Assembly (NCBI GenBank): GCA_947311255.1
Contig: CAMZKL010000031.1
Location: 28,024 to 92,023 of the forward strand
Direction of reading: 5' to 3'
DNA: 64,000 bases
Source of the DNA: an uncultured Chlorobiota bacterium
Lineage (GTDB): Bacteria; Bacteroidota; Bacteroidia; Bacteroidales; JAADGE01
Part shown: in pieces, positions 51,193 through 61,838 of the stretch
Position numbering within the stretch: position 1 is the stretch's first letter
Layout of the letters: every line of letters begins with the position of its first letter
Notes under the pieces: model-generated
The model's database searches: none
What the model was told of the DNA's origin: nothing
Seen by the model: the letters and a program-made list of their open reading frames with translations, nothing else
Program-made: the position numbers and the translations under genes

Positions 51193-51747
51193 ATGTCACG
51201 AATAGGTAAATTACCAATAAGCATACCTGAAGGAGCTAAAATTGAAATCTCTGATGATAATGTTATAACTGTTAAAGGTAAACTTGGAGAGTTAAAACAA
51301 GCAATTCATAAAGATATCAAATTAGAAATTGATGGAAATATAATTAATGTTACTAGACCATCCGATTCAAAAGCTCATAAATCTTTCCACGGACTATACA
51401 GAGTATTAGTTAATAATATGTTGGAAGGAGTTTCAAAAGGATTTGAAAAAAAATTAGAAGTAATTGGTGTTGGATACAGAGCATCTGTAAAAGGACAACT
51501 TTTAGAAGTATATGTAGGATATTCTCATCCTATTATTTTTGAACTTCCAAAAGAAATAAGTGTTGAAGTGAGTCAAGAAAAAAGACAAAATGCTTTTATT
51601 ACATTAAAAAGTTTCGACAAACAATTACTTGGACAAGTAGCCGCAAAAGTTCGTTCTTTCAGAAAACCTGAGCCATATAAAGGTAAAGGAATAAGATACG
51701 TTGGAGAATATGTAAGAAAGAAAGTTGGAAAAGCAGCAGCAGAATAA
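51193..51747 (+). CDS. rplF: 50S ribosomal protein L6
   Basis: Sequence and operon order. Confidence 0.95.
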   Translation: MSRIGKLPISIPEGAKIEISDDNVITVKGKLGELKQAIHKDIKLEIDGNIINVTRPSDSKAHKSFHGLYRVLVNNMLEGVSKGFEKKLEVIGVGYRASVKGQLLEVYVGYSHPIIFELPKEISVEVSQEKRQNAFITLKSFDKQLLGQVAAKVRSFRKPEPYKGKGIRYVGEYVRKKVGKAAAE

Positions 51748-51820
51748 TAAAAATGAATTTAGAATTTAGAGCTTTAAAATATTTTTTAAATCTAAATCTA
51801 TATCAAAAATCTTAAATAAA

Positions 51821-52180
51821 ATGGCTTTAACAAAAAGACAAAGAAGAATACGAATTAAAAAACGTATTAGAAAAAAAGTTAATGGAACACCTGAAACACC
51901 TAGATTATCGGTTTTTAGAAGTAATAAACATATCTATGTACAATTAGTTGATGATATTTCTGAAAAAACATTGCTTTCTGCATCTTCCAGCGACAAAGAT
52001 ATTGTAAGTCAAAAAGCAAAGGATAAAAAAGAGAAAGCTGCATTAGTTGGAAAAAAAATTGCAGATAAAGCAAAAGATAATAATATAGCATCTGTAGTTT
52101 TTGACAGAGGCGGATATCTATTTCATGGCAGAGTTAAAGCATTAGCTGATGCTGCTAGAAAAGGAGGACTTAAATTTTAA
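51821..52180 (+). CDS. rplR: 50S ribosomal protein L18
   Basis: Sequence and operon order. Confidence 0.95.
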   Translation: MALTKRQRRIRIKKRIRKKVNGTPETPRLSVFRSNKHIYVQLVDDISEKTLLSASSSDKDIVSQKAKDKKEKAALVGKKIADKAKDNNIASVVFDRGGYLFHGRVKALADAARKGGLKF

Positions 52181-52185
52181 AAGAT

Positions 52186-52704
52186 ATGTCAAAAGGTAAA
52201 GAAAAACAAATTAGAAATACTGATTTAGAACTTAAAGACAAATTAGTTGCAATTAAAAGAGTAACAAAAGTTACAAAAGGGGGTAGAACTTTTAGTTTTG
52301 CTGCGATTGTTGTTGTTGGTGATGAAAACGGTATTGTTGGACACGGACTTGGAAAAGCCGGAGATGTTGCTACCTCAATTCAAAAAGGAATTGAAGATGC
52401 TAAGAAAAATCTCCATAAAGTACCTGTTTTAAATGATACAATCCCTCATAGACAAACAGCAAGATATGGAGGAGCAGACGTATTAATTATTCCAGCATCT
52501 CACGGTACAGGAGTAAAAGCCGGAGGAGCAATGCGTGCAGTACTTGAAAGTGCAGGAATAAAAGATGTACTTGCAAAATCTAAAGGATCTTCAAATCCTC
52601 ATAATCTTGTTAAAGCAACTATGAAAGCATTGTTAACTATGAGAGATGCTTATACAGTTTCTCAACACAGAGGAATCCCTATTGATAAAGTATTTAACGG
52701 TTAG
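52186..52704 (+). CDS. rpsE: 30S ribosomal protein S5
   Basis: Sequence and operon order. Confidence 0.95.
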   Translation: MSKGKEKQIRNTDLELKDKLVAIKRVTKVTKGGRTFSFAAIVVVGDENGIVGHGLGKAGDVATSIQKGIEDAKKNLHKVPVLNDTIPHRQTARYGGADVLIIPASHGTGVKAGGAMRAVLESAGIKDVLAKSKGSSNPHNLVKATMKALLTMRDAYTVSQHRGIPIDKVFNG

Positions 52705-52714
52705 AAAATATAAA

Positions 52715-52894
52715 ATGGCAAATATTAGAATTACAAAAATAAAAAGTACTATTGGAGCTACAAAAAGACAAATTAACACGCTTCAAGCATTAGGACTTAG
52801 GAAAATCGGGAGTGTAGCAGAACACACTGAAAATGAGCAAATTAAAGGGATGATTAGAAAAGTACATCATCTTGTAAAAACTGAGAATATTTAA
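52715..52894 (+). CDS. rpmD: 50S ribosomal protein L30
   Basis: The start MANIRITKIKS is at 52715. The track ORF begins upstream, inside rpsE. Confidence 0.9.
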   Translation: MANIRITKIKSTIGATKRQINTLQALGLRKIGSVAEHTENEQIKGMIRKVHHLVKTENI

Positions 52895-52916
52895 TAAATA
52901 CCTGAAATAATTAGTG

Positions 52917-53363
52917 ATGGATTTAAGTAATTTAAAACCTGCAAAAGGTTCTATAAAAAAAAGAAAAAGAATAGCAAGAGGTATCGGTTCAGGTAAAGGA
53001 CGTACTGCAACACGTGGACATAATGGTCAAAAATCACGCTCTGGATATTCTAAAAGATTTGGATTTGAAGGTGGTCAAATGCCAATCCACAGACGTTTGC
53101 CTAAATTTGGATTCAGAAACATTAACAGAGTTGAATATAAAGCAATTAATATTGGAACTCTTGAATTATTAGCGAAAGAAAAATCACTGACTTCAATTGA
53201 TTTTGAAGTATTAAGAGATTATGGATTTGTTCAAAAGAAAGATTTGGTTAAAATCCTTGCAAATGGCGAATTAACAACTAAACTTGAAGTTAAAGCTCAT
53301 GCATTTTCAAAATCAGCAGTTCAGGCTATTGAAAAAGTAGGTGGTAAAGTAGAAAAAATTTAG
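52917..53363 (+). CDS. rplO: 50S ribosomal protein L15
   Basis: ATG at 52917. The GTG at 52914 is an alternative start. Confidence 0.93.
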   Translation: MDLSNLKPAKGSIKKRKRIARGIGSGKGRTATRGHNGQKSRSGYSKRFGFEGGQMPIHRRLPKFGFRNINRVEYKAINIGTLELLAKEKSLTSIDFEVLRDYGFVQKKDLVKILANGELTTKLEVKAHAFSKSAVQAIEKVGGKVEKI

Positions 53364-53367
53364 ATTA

Positions 53368-54711
53368 ATGAAAAAATTTATTCAAACAATAAAGAATATA
53401 ATAGCAATTGAAGATTTGCGAAATAAAATTCTTGCAACTCTTGGTTTGGTTTTAATATACAGGCTAGGTGCACATGTTGTAATACCTGGAGTTGACCCTT
53501 TGGGTATTAGTGCTATGCAAGACCAAGCTAGTAATAATGGAATTGTTGCGTTAATAAATATGTTTTCAGGAGGTGCATTTTCAAGAGCATCTGTTTTTGC
53601 TTTGGGTATAATGCCTTATATTTCTGCCTCAATTGTTGTTCAATTGCTCGGAATGGCTGTTCCATATTTTCAAAGATTACAGAGAGAAGGCGAAAGTGGA
53701 AGAAAGAAAATAACTCAAATTACCAGATATTTAACCGTTTTGATTACCGGTTTTCAGGCTCCTGCATATCTTGCAAACCTTCATCATACTGCCCAAAATG
53801 CTTTTATCATGCAAAGCCAAGATTTATTTTGGGTTTCAGCAATAATTATTCTTATTGCAGGTACAATGTTTACAATGTGGCTTGGAGAAAGAATAACAGA
53901 TAAAGGTATTGGAAATGGAATATCATTGCTTATAATGGTTGGTATTATTGCAAGATTACCAAAAGCTTTTGCAGCTGAAATAGTTTCTAAATTAGATTCT
54001 GGTGGTGGCGGTTTTATTATTTTTATAATTGAAATGGTAATATTATTCTTAGTTTTTGTTTCAGCAATTGCTTTAGTACAAGCTGTAAGAAGAGTACCTG
54101 TTCAATATGCCAAAAGAATTGTTGGAAATAAACAATACGGAGGAGTTAGACAGTATATACCTTTAAAAGTTAATGCTGCTGGTGTTATGCCTATAATTTT
54201 TGCACAAGCCTTAATGTTTGTCCCTATGATGTTTGCTAGATTTAATACTGAAACAGGTAATTCCATTGCTTCTGCATTTTCTGATATAACAGGATTCTGG
54301 TATAATTTTACTTTCGGATTATTAATAGTAATTTTCACATATTTTTATACCGCTATCACTGTTAATCCAACACAAATGGCACAAGACATGAAGAACAACG
54401 GAGGATTTATTCCAGGTATTAAACCGGGAAAGAAAACTGTTGAATATCTTGATGAAATAATGTCAAGGATTACATTCCCAGGTTCTGTATTTCTTGCTTT
54501 AATTGCAATATTACCCGTTTTTGCAATGATTGCAGGTATAAACAATCAATTTGCATATTTTTTCGGAGGCACATCTCTTCTTATTTTAGTTGGAGTTGTC
54601 CTTGATACATTACAACATATCGAAAGTCACTTATTAATGAGACATTATGATGGCTTAACAAAATCTGGTAGAATTGCCGGAAGAGGTGGTGCATCACAAA
54701 TATCTATGTAA
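53368..54711 (+). CDS. secY: preprotein translocase subunit SecY
   Basis: 447 aa with 10 TM segments, in the expected operon position. Confidence 0.95.
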   Translation: MKKFIQTIKNIIAIEDLRNKILATLGLVLIYRLGAHVVIPGVDPLGISAMQDQASNNGIVALINMFSGGAFSRASVFALGIMPYISASIVVQLLGMAVPYFQRLQREGESGRKKITQITRYLTVLITGFQAPAYLANLHHTAQNAFIMQSQDLFWVSAIIILIAGTMFTMWLGERITDKGIGNGISLLIMVGIIARLPKAFAAEIVSKLDSGGGGFIIFIIEMVILFLVFVSAIALVQAVRRVPVQYAKRIVGNKQYGGVRQYIPLKVNAAGVMPIIFAQALMFVPMMFARFNTETGNSIASAFSDITGFWYNFTFGLLIVIFTYFYTAITVNPTQMAQDMKNNGGFIPGIKPGKKTVEYLDEIMSRITFPGSVFLALIAILPVFAMIAGINNQFAYFFGGTSLLILVGVVLDTLQHIESHLLMRHYDGLTKSGRIAGRGGASQISM

Positions 54712-54722
54712 AAATTATTTTT

Positions 54723-54944
54723 ATGGCTAAGCAACCATCAATAGAACAAGACGGAGTAGTTAAAGAAGCATTATCAAATGCAATGTTTAGAGTAGAACTC
54801 GAAAATGGACATATTATTACAGCACATATAGCTGGTAAAATGAGAATGCACTATATTAGAATTCTACCGGGAGATAAAGTAAAAGTTGAAATGTCTCCCT
54901 ACGATTTATCAAAAGGAAGAATAAAATACAGATATAAAAATTAA
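54723..54944 (+). CDS. infA: translation initiation factor IF-1
   Basis: 73-aa S1-like fold sequence. Confidence 0.95.
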   Translation: MAKQPSIEQDGVVKEALSNAMFRVELENGHIITAHIAGKMRMHYIRILPGDKVKVEMSPYDLSKGRIKYRYKN

Positions 54945-54948
54945 AATT

Positions 54949-55065
54949 ATGAAAATTAGAGCATCAGTAAAAAAACGAAGCGCTGATTGTAAAATTGTCA
55001 GGAGAAAAGGTAGGCTTTATGTTATAAACAAAAAAAATCCCAAATTTAAACAAAGACAAGGTTAA
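54949..55065 (+). CDS. rpmJ: 50S ribosomal protein L36
   Basis: Not in the ORF track (38 aa). Hand translation gives [38 protein letters not shown] followed by a stop. Confidence 0.9.
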   Translation: MKIRASVKKRSADCKIVRRKGRLYVINKKNPKFKQRQG

Positions 55066-55083
55066 TTTAAAACTAAATAAATT

Positions 55084-55434
55084 ATGGCAAGAATCGCAGG
55101 TGTCGATATACCGGACAATAAAAGAGGAGAAATCTCTTTAACATACATATACGGAGTTGGAAAAACAACAGCTCAAAAAATTCTTGATGAAGCAAAGGTC
55201 AGCAGAGATACAAAAGTGAAAGATTGGACTGATGAACAACAAGGAAATATACGTAATATAATTATTGATAATTATAAAATTGAAGGAGAATTACGTTCAG
55301 AAAAAATGCAAAATATCAAAAGATTACGTGATATTGGGTGTTATAGAGGTATCAGACACAGAGTTGGCTTACCTTTAAGGGGGCAAAAAACTAAAAATAA
55401 TGCACGTACCAGAAAAATTAGAAGGGTATTTTAA
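55084..55434 (+). CDS. rpsM: 30S ribosomal protein S13
   Basis: Sequence and operon order. Confidence 0.93.
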   Translation: MARIAGVDIPDNKRGEISLTYIYGVGKTTAQKILDEAKVSRDTKVKDWTDEQQGNIRNIIIDNYKIEGELRSEKMQNIKRLRDIGCYRGIRHRVGLPLRGQKTKNNARTRKIRRVF

Positions 55435-55454
55435 TAAATAATTATTCTTAAAAA

Positions 55455-55847
55455 ATGGCAAAGAAAAATACAAAACCAACAAAAAAAAGAAAAGTTATTG
55501 TTGAAGCTGCAGGTCAGGCTCACATTCACTCTTCATTTAATAATATTATAATAACTTTAGCAAACAGTACTGGGCAAGTTATTTCTTGGTCTTCAGCCGG
55601 TAAAATGGGTTTTAGAGGATCAAAAAAGAATACTCCTTATGCTGCACAACGTGCTGCTGAAGATTGTGCTAAAGTTGCATATGAACTTGGATTAAGACGA
55701 GTAAAAGTATATGTGAAAGGTCCAGGAAATGGTAGAGAAGCTGCTATAAGAGCAATTCATACACAAGGGATTTTAGTTACTGAAATTCAAGATATAACTC
55801 CAGTTCCGCATAATGGATGCAGACCTCCTAAAAGAAGAAGAGTTTAA
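55455..55847 (+). CDS. rpsK: 30S ribosomal protein S11
   Basis: Sequence and operon order. Confidence 0.95.
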   Translation: MAKKNTKPTKKRKVIVEAAGQAHIHSSFNNIIITLANSTGQVISWSSAGKMGFRGSKKNTPYAAQRAAEDCAKVAYELGLRRVKVYVKGPGNGREAAIRAIHTQGILVTEIQDITPVPHNGCRPPKRRRV

Positions 55848-55876
55848 TTTTATTAAAATAGTAAATTTTATAGACA

Positions 55877-56482
55877 ATGGCAAGATATACAGGCCCTCAA
55901 ACTAAAATAGCAAGAAAATTCGGATCTCCGATTTTTGGACCAGATAAAACATTCGAAAAAAAGAATTATCCACCTGGACAACATGGACAAAACCGAAGAA
56001 GAAAAATTTCTGAATACGGAGTTCAATTAAAAGAAAAGCAAAAAGCTAAATATACTTATGGAATGTTAGAGAAACAATTCTATAATTTATTTAAAAAAGC
56101 TTCAAGAATTAAAGGTATTACAGGTGAAGTTTTTTTACAACTATTAGAATCAAGATTAGATAATGTCGTTTTTAGATTAGGTATAGCACCTTCAAGATCT
56201 GCTGCAAGACAACTAGTTTCTCATAAACATATAACTGTAAACGGTACTTTAGTTAATATACCTTCGTATACTGTTAAAGCCGGAGATTTAGTTGCTGTAA
56301 GAGAAAAATCTAAATCTTTAGAAGTAATTTCAGAATCTTTATCAAGAGGAACGCATACTAAATTCTCTTGGTTAGAATGGGATAACGAATCTTTAAAAGG
56401 TAAATTTGTACATTTACCTGAACGTGATGATATTCCTGAGAATATTAAAGAACAATTAATCGTAGAATTATACTCTAAATAG
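55877..56482 (+). CDS. rpsD: 30S ribosomal protein S4
   Basis: Sequence and operon order. Confidence 0.95.
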   Translation: MARYTGPQTKIARKFGSPIFGPDKTFEKKNYPPGQHGQNRRRKISEYGVQLKEKQKAKYTYGMLEKQFYNLFKKASRIKGITGEVFLQLLESRLDNVVFRLGIAPSRSAARQLVSHKHITVNGTLVNIPSYTVKAGDLVAVREKSKSLEVISESLSRGTHTKFSWLEWDNESLKGKFVHLPERDDIPENIKEQLIVELYSK

Positions 56483-56496
56483 TAAATATTTGCTTT

Positions 56497-57561
56497 ATGG
56501 CTATTTTAAATTTTCAAACTCCTGACAAGGTCATTATGATCCAACAGGATGAATTTTCAGGACAATTTGAGTTTAGACCTCTTGAACCTGGATACGGTAT
56601 TACAATAGGTAATGCTTTAAGAAGAATTCTATTATCTTCTCTTGAAGGTTTTGCTATAACTTCTATCAAAATTGACGGTGTTGAGCATGAATTTTCCACT
56701 ATAACTGGGGTTGTAGAAGATATACCTAGAATTATTCTTAATCTTAAACAAATAAGATTTAAGAAAAAACATATAGAAACTGGGTCAACTACTGAATCTG
56801 ATACAGATTTAGAATCAGAAACTGAAGTTGAAACTCAAGTTACAGAAGAAATTAATTCAGAAAGAGTAGTTGTTAATGTTAGTGGAAAAAATAAATTTAC
56901 CGCAGGAGATATTAATAATTTCATGACTGATTTTGAGATTTTAAATCCGGATTTAGTAATTTGTAATATGGAAAAAAATGTCCGATTACAAATTGAAATG
57001 ACTATCAACAAAGGTAGAGGATATGTTTCTGCGGAAGATCATTTAGTAGAAACTGACGAAATTGGAATAATTGCTATTGACTCAATTTTTACTCCTATTT
57101 TAAATGTTAAGTATTCTATTGAGAACTATCGGGTTGGGCAAAAAACAGATTATGAAAAATTAGTTTTTAATATAGATACTGACGGTTCAATATATCCAAA
57201 AGATGCTTTAAAAGAAGCTGCAAAAATACTTATTCAACATTTTATGCTCTTCTCTGATGAAAGAATTACTCTTGATACAGATGAGAAAAAAGAAAATGAA
57301 GAATTTGATGAAGAAATATTGCACATGCGTCAACAACTTAAAACACAATTAGTTGACCTTGACTTGTCTGTTAGAGCATTAAATTGTTTAAAAGCTGCTG
57401 AGATTGATACTCTTGGAGAATTAGTTGTTTTTAATAGAAATGATTTGTTGAAATTTAGAAACTTTGGTAAAAAATCTTTAACTGAAATTGAAGATTTATT
57501 AATAAACAGAGATTTATCATTCGGAATGGATGTTAGAAAATATAAATTAGATAAGAAATGA
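56497..57561 (+). CDS. rpoA: DNA-directed RNA polymerase subunit alpha
   Basis: N-terminal dimerisation domain and C-terminal domain ([23 protein letters not shown]). Contains an acidic insert. Confidence 0.95.
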   Translation: MAILNFQTPDKVIMIQQDEFSGQFEFRPLEPGYGITIGNALRRILLSSLEGFAITSIKIDGVEHEFSTITGVVEDIPRIILNLKQIRFKKKHIETGSTTESDTDLESETEVETQVTEEINSERVVVNVSGKNKFTAGDINNFMTDFEILNPDLVICNMEKNVRLQIEMTINKGRGYVSAEDHLVETDEIGIIAIDSIFTPILNVKYSIENYRVGQKTDYEKLVFNIDTDGSIYPKDALKEAAKILIQHFMLFSDERITLDTDEKKENEEFDEEILHMRQQLKTQLVDLDLSVRALNCLKAAEIDTLGELVVFNRNDLLKFRNFGKKSLTEIEDLLINRDLSFGMDVRKYKLDKK

Positions 57562-58106
57562 GACACAGGAAGAAATTTAATCATTTAGGAAGAAAAAAAG
57601 CTCATAGAAAAGCAATGTTAGCGAACATGGCAATTTCATTAATAGAGCATAAAAGAATAAAAACAACTCTTGCTAAAGCAAAAGCTTTAAGAGTTTTTGT
57701 TGAACCTTTGGTTACACGAACAAAAGACGACTCAACTCATTCAAGACGAATGGTCTTCAGAAAATTGCAAAACAAAGCTGCTGTTACTGAATTGTTTAGA
57801 GAAATATCTCAAAAAGTTGCTACAAGAGAAGGTGGATATACAAGAATCTTAAAAACAGGTAATAGACTTGGAGATAATGCTGAAATGTGTATTATTGAAT
57901 TTGTAGATTATAATGAAACTTATACAACTGAAAAATCTTCTTCAACTAAAAAGAAACGAACTCGTAGAGGCAAATCTAAAACTACTGTTGAAAATACTGA
58001 ATCAGTAAAAACAGAAGAAAATGTTGTTGATGAAATAAAAGATGAAGTTAAAGAAGATGTTGAAAAAGATGAAAAATCAACAGATAAAAAAGAAGATATA
58101 AAATAA
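57558..58106 (+). CDS. rplQ: 50S ribosomal protein L17 with a K/E-rich C-terminal extension
   Basis: [13 protein letters not shown]... ATGA overlap with rpoA. Confidence 0.95.
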   Translation: MRHRKKFNHLGRKKAHRKAMLANMAISLIEHKRIKTTLAKAKALRVFVEPLVTRTKDDSTHSRRMVFRKLQNKAAVTELFREISQKVATREGGYTRILKTGNRLGDNAEMCIIEFVDYNETYTTEKSSSTKKKRTRRGKSKTTVENTESVKTEENVVDEIKDEVKEDVEKDEKSTDKKEDIK

Positions 58107-58134
58107 TATAAAAAAATTTTATTTTAAAAAAAAC

Positions 58135-58168
58135 GAAAAGAGAGTTCAAAAAACTCTCTTTTTTTTAT
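58135..58168 (+). terminator. intrinsic terminator of the ribosomal cluster
   Basis: Stem gaaaagagagtt / aactctctttt, followed by a T-run. Confidence 0.75.
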
Positions 58169-58173
58169 TTTTG
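58166..58173 (+). promoter_or_regulatory. candidate -7 box (TATTTTTG)
   Basis: 27 nt upstream of the ATG at 58200. Confidence 0.35.
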
Positions 58174-58199
58174 TTTTTTAATTTATTAATAAATATTTA

Positions 58200-59657
58200 A
58201 TGAAGAACATACTGTTTTTAATATTAATATTAATTTCATTTCTTAAAGTAAATGCACAAACATTTTCTTCTCCTGATATAAATACTATATATTATCCAAA
58301 GTATCAAAAAAACAATAATAATTTTACCTTCACATTAACACATTCTTTTAGCCAAATTATTAATCCAAACACATCTGTGTCTTGCAACACTAATGGAATA
58401 CACCATGAAAACTCATATTACAGAGTTTTTGACTTATACGGGAGCCATTTTAACTTAAATTCAGATTGGAGTATTCAAGAAGTTCAATTTGGTATAGGTA
58501 TTGCCCAAGCCGGTATAGATACTCTTCAAGACATTAAATTGGTTTTATATATAATGTCGTCTTACGATGGGAAAACTATTAATCCGGATAGTTTAAGCCA
58601 AAAAGGAGATACAATAAGTTTTAAAGTTAATAATAATGAAACAGGAACTATTAAAACCATTAATATTCAACCTGCTGAATCTATCCCTTTTGGGAATGTT
58701 CTTGTTGTTGAGATACTTGTGCCTGATGGAAGTTTAAATGGAAATAAGTTTTTTATTGGTTCAAATGATTACGGTGAAACTGATAACACATACATAAAAG
58801 CGTCGCATTGTAGAATTGATGCTCCAATTGATGTTGCTGACCTTTTGTATCCTGACATGAATTTGGTGTTAAACATTAGAGGAGCATATAATGCTGCAAC
58901 ACCTGAAATTTTACAATTTACAATTGATGGGCAATACGGAGAAACTAAAATTTTGAATAATCCTGAATATACTGTTAATCTTGTTCTGCCGGCAGATACG
59001 GCATTAACAAATTTAACTCCCTCAATTGTTGTTCCTGCCGGTTTTTTTGTATCTCCTGCTTCAGGAAATGAAATAGATTTCTCATTAGGAGCTGTTGAAT
59101 ATACCGTTTCAAATGAACTTGGAAAAATTGCCCAAACATGGCAAGTAAATGTTAAAAATGCAGGTCCGGACATTTATAAACTTGAAGTAACCGGGCAAGA
59201 AGGAGAAACTATAATTAATTTTGATAATCACACAATTAGTGTTAAAATGCCATCTGGAACTGATTTAACAGGAATTTCACCAAAAATATATGTTTATGAT
59301 GGTTTTACAGTATCTCCTGCTTCTGAAAGTTCACAAGACTTTTCAAGTGGTCCTGTTCATTACACAGTTACTCACGAATCATTGCCTTTAACCCAAGATT
59401 GGCAAGTTAGTATTACAAACATTGCAAAAAAGTTCAGTTTTAACCCAGGTTTTAATATATACCCCAACCCTGTTTATGAAACACTTCACATTAGTGGAGC
59501 AGATTATAATAGAATTGAAATTGCCGATATTTCAGGTATAAGAGTTTTATCAACCTTAAAGCCTGATATAAATATTTCAAACTTTAGAAAAGGAATTTAT
59601 TTTTTAAGAATATACTATGACGGAGGCATATATGTTGAGAAAATTGTACTAATGTAG
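58200..59657 (+). CDS. secreted protein with T9SS C-terminal sorting domain
   Basis: Signal peptide and two tandem modules of about 87 aa. The C-terminus is NIYPNPVYETLHI...GIYFLRIYYDGGIYVEKIVLM, typical of Por-secretion tails. Confidence 0.8.
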   Translation: MKNILFLILILISFLKVNAQTFSSPDINTIYYPKYQKNNNNFTFTLTHSFSQIINPNTSVSCNTNGIHHENSYYRVFDLYGSHFNLNSDWSIQEVQFGIGIAQAGIDTLQDIKLVLYIMSSYDGKTINPDSLSQKGDTISFKVNNNETGTIKTINIQPAESIPFGNVLVVEILVPDGSLNGNKFFIGSNDYGETDNTYIKASHCRIDAPIDVADLLYPDMNLVLNIRGAYNAATPEILQFTIDGQYGETKILNNPEYTVNLVLPADTALTNLTPSIVVPAGFFVSPASGNEIDFSLGAVEYTVSNELGKIAQTWQVNVKNAGPDIYKLEVTGQEGETIINFDNHTISVKMPSGTDLTGISPKIYVYDGFTVSPASESSQDFSSGPVHYTVTHESLPLTQDWQVSITNIAKKFSFNPGFNIYPNPVYETLHISGADYNRIEIADISGIRVLSTLKPDINISNFRKGIYFLRIYYDGGIYVEKIVLM

Positions 59658-59666
59658 AATTTTGCC

Positions 59667-60206
59667 TTAATATTTATTAAAAGACACAATTTTGTCTGTT
59701 TTCTTTCTTTTTTTTATCCTTTGTTTATCAGAAGGATAACCGATTGTAATAATAAGTTCAGGTCTTTTTTTATTTGGAATATGCAATAATTTTTTAACTT
59801 CTTTTTCATTAAACCAACCAATCATACAAGTTCCAAGACCAAGTTCTGCAGCCTGCAAACAAAAATGTTCTGCTGCAATTCCAATATCTATTAAACTAAA
59901 ATTTCTGTTTTTAATTTTATTTCCAAGAATTGCAGTAAAATTTGAACCTTCATTAACTAAAACTACATGAACAGGAGCTTGGTTAGTAAAATGATTAAGT
60001 GGTAACAAACTATTTGAAGTAGTTTGTGCGATTTTTGATTTTAAGTCGGGCTTATCAACAATAATAAATTTCCAAGGTTGAGAATTGCAGGCAGAAGGCG
60101 ATAATCTTGCTGCTTCAATACACTGCTCAATTTTATCTTTTTCTACCGGTTTAGCCGAATATGCACGATTGCTTTGTCTTTTATTTACTAAATCATTAAA
60201 ATTCAT
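59667..60206 (-). CDS. nitroreductase family protein
   Basis: RQSNRAY and PSACNSQPW motifs. Confidence 0.8.
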   Translation of the reverse strand: MNFNDLVNKRQSNRAYSAKPVEKDKIEQCIEAARLSPSACNSQPWKFIIVDKPDLKSKIAQTTSNSLLPLNHFTNQAPVHVVLVNEGSNFTAILGNKIKNRNFSLIDIGIAAEHFCLQAAELGLGTCMIGWFNEKEVKKLLHIPNKKRPELIITIGYPSDKQRIKKRKKTDKIVSFNKY

Positions 60207-60208
60207 AA

Positions 60209-60586
60209 TTATTTAACAGCAATAGTTTCTATTTCAACCAAAACATTAAGAGGAAGCTCTTTTACAGCAAATGCAGCCCTTGCAGGAGGGTTTTCGGAGT
60301 AATATTTTCCGTAAACCTTATTCATTGCCTCAAAGTTTTTCATGTCGTTGAGCAAACAAGTTGATTTTACTACATCAGCAAAACTATAATCAGCTTCATT
60401 TAATATTGCTGATATATTTTCCATAACCTGTTCAGTTTGTTCAACAATTCCTCCTTCTACAATCTTACCAGAAGATGGGTTGACAGGAATCTGACCGGAA
60501 ATGTAGAGTGTGTTTCCAGATTTAATTGCTTGGCTGTATGGTCCAATAGCTTTTGGTGCTTTTTCTGTGTGAATTATTTGTTTCAT
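60209..60586 (-). CDS. ridA: RidA/YjgF family reactive-intermediate deaminase
   Basis: 125 aa with APKAIGPYSQA... and PARAAFAV..LP motifs. Confidence 0.85.
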   Translation of the reverse strand: MKQIIHTEKAPKAIGPYSQAIKSGNTLYISGQIPVNPSSGKIVEGGIVEQTEQVMENISAILNEADYSFADVVKSTCLLNDMKNFEAMNKVYGKYYSENPPARAAFAVKELPLNVLVEIETIAVK

Positions 60587-60890
60587 GTGTCTAAATTTTT
60601 CTAAATTAATTTATATTGAATAAGTTGCTTGTGTTTTTTTGTTGATGATATTTATTTTGTTCTGCACATAGGAACACTTGCTTTCTTCTGCAAGTAATCA
60701 TTGTTGTAAATTATAGTCATGCCCTTGGGTGTTAATATTTTTGTTGTGGGTGTTTCATGTAAAAAAAAATAAAATATATGTGACAAAAATCTAAAAATGA
60801 ACATTATTTTTTAATTCTTACAAAAGTAATTAATTCTTAATATTTATTCTAAAATAATTATACATTCGCAATCTAACTTCAAAAAAAACA

Positions 60891-61784
60891 GTGAAAATTA
60901 TAGATTTAAATAAAAAAATATGGCAATGGGTCTTGTTGATTTTTATATCATTCATTTGGGGAGCATCATTTATACTGATGAAAAGAGGCTTAGAATCTTT
61001 TAATGAATTTCAACTTGGCACATTGAGAATTTTTTTTGCTTCTATTTTTTTATTACCCCTACTTTTTAGAAGGTTAAAAAAATTTAAAAAGAAATATATA
61101 AAAGGTATTTTAATAATTGGGTTTATAGGAAATCTTTTTCCTGCTTTATTATTTGCCATTGCCCAAACACAAATTAACAGTTCTCTTGCGGGAATGTTAA
61201 ATACCGGTTTCCCAATTTTTACATTAATAATTGGCTCTTTGTTTTTTGGCTTAAAAGCTGAAAAAAATAAAATTTTGGGTGTTGTTCTAGGGCTTATAGG
61301 TTCTGTTGGTATAGTTTTGTTTTCTTCTTCCGATTTTAGCGAAGGAAATATATATTACGCTTTTTTTATAATACTGGCAATGATTTTTTATGCAATAAGT
61401 ATTAATGTTATAAAATACAAAATGCCAGATATAGATGGAGTTACAATTACAGTATTTTCATTTATTATAATAGGCCCTGTTGCTGGTATTAGTTTATTAT
61501 TCTCAGATTTTAGTCCTGCATTGGCTACTCCGGATTTTTTTGAAAATTTAATTTATGTTGCTCTTCTTGCTCTAGGTGGCTCTGCTATTTCTGTTACACT
61601 GTTTTATCTGCTTATGGATTATGTAGATGTTATTTTTGCTTCATTAACTACTTACTTCATATCTATATTTGCTGTGTTTTGGGGGCTTTTTGATGGCGAA
61701 AATATCAATTTTTTACAATTTCTATTTTTAGGACTCATATTCTTTGGTATTTTTATGGTAAATAAAAAGAATAAAAGAAAATAA
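60891..61784 (+). CDS. DMT superfamily (EamA-like) transporter
   Basis: GTG start. Ten TM segments arranged as two EamA halves. Confidence 0.75.
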   Translation: MKIIDLNKKIWQWVLLIFISFIWGASFILMKRGLESFNEFQLGTLRIFFASIFLLPLLFRRLKKFKKKYIKGILIIGFIGNLFPALLFAIAQTQINSSLAGMLNTGFPIFTLIIGSLFFGLKAEKNKILGVVLGLIGSVGIVLFSSSDFSEGNIYYAFFIILAMIFYAISINVIKYKMPDIDGVTITVFSFIIIGPVAGISLLFSDFSPALATPDFFENLIYVALLALGGSAISVTLFYLLMDYVDVIFASLTTYFISIFAVFWGLFDGENINFLQFLFLGLIFFGIFMVNKKNKRK

Positions 61785-61805
61785 CATTTCAACGAATTTT
61801 TTTTA

Positions 61806-61813
61806 TATATTTG
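61806..61813 (+). promoter_or_regulatory. candidate -7 box (TATATTTG)
   Basis: 26 nt upstream of the ATG at 61839. Confidence 0.35.
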
Positions 61814-61838
61814 TTCATATGATATTTGAAAATTTATA

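Noticed and set aside
55084-55434. S13 appears a few residues short at the C-terminus (ends RTRKIRRVF)
   Set aside because: No alternative frame continues with the usual basic tail and there is no sign of a frameshift. I treated it as natural variation.
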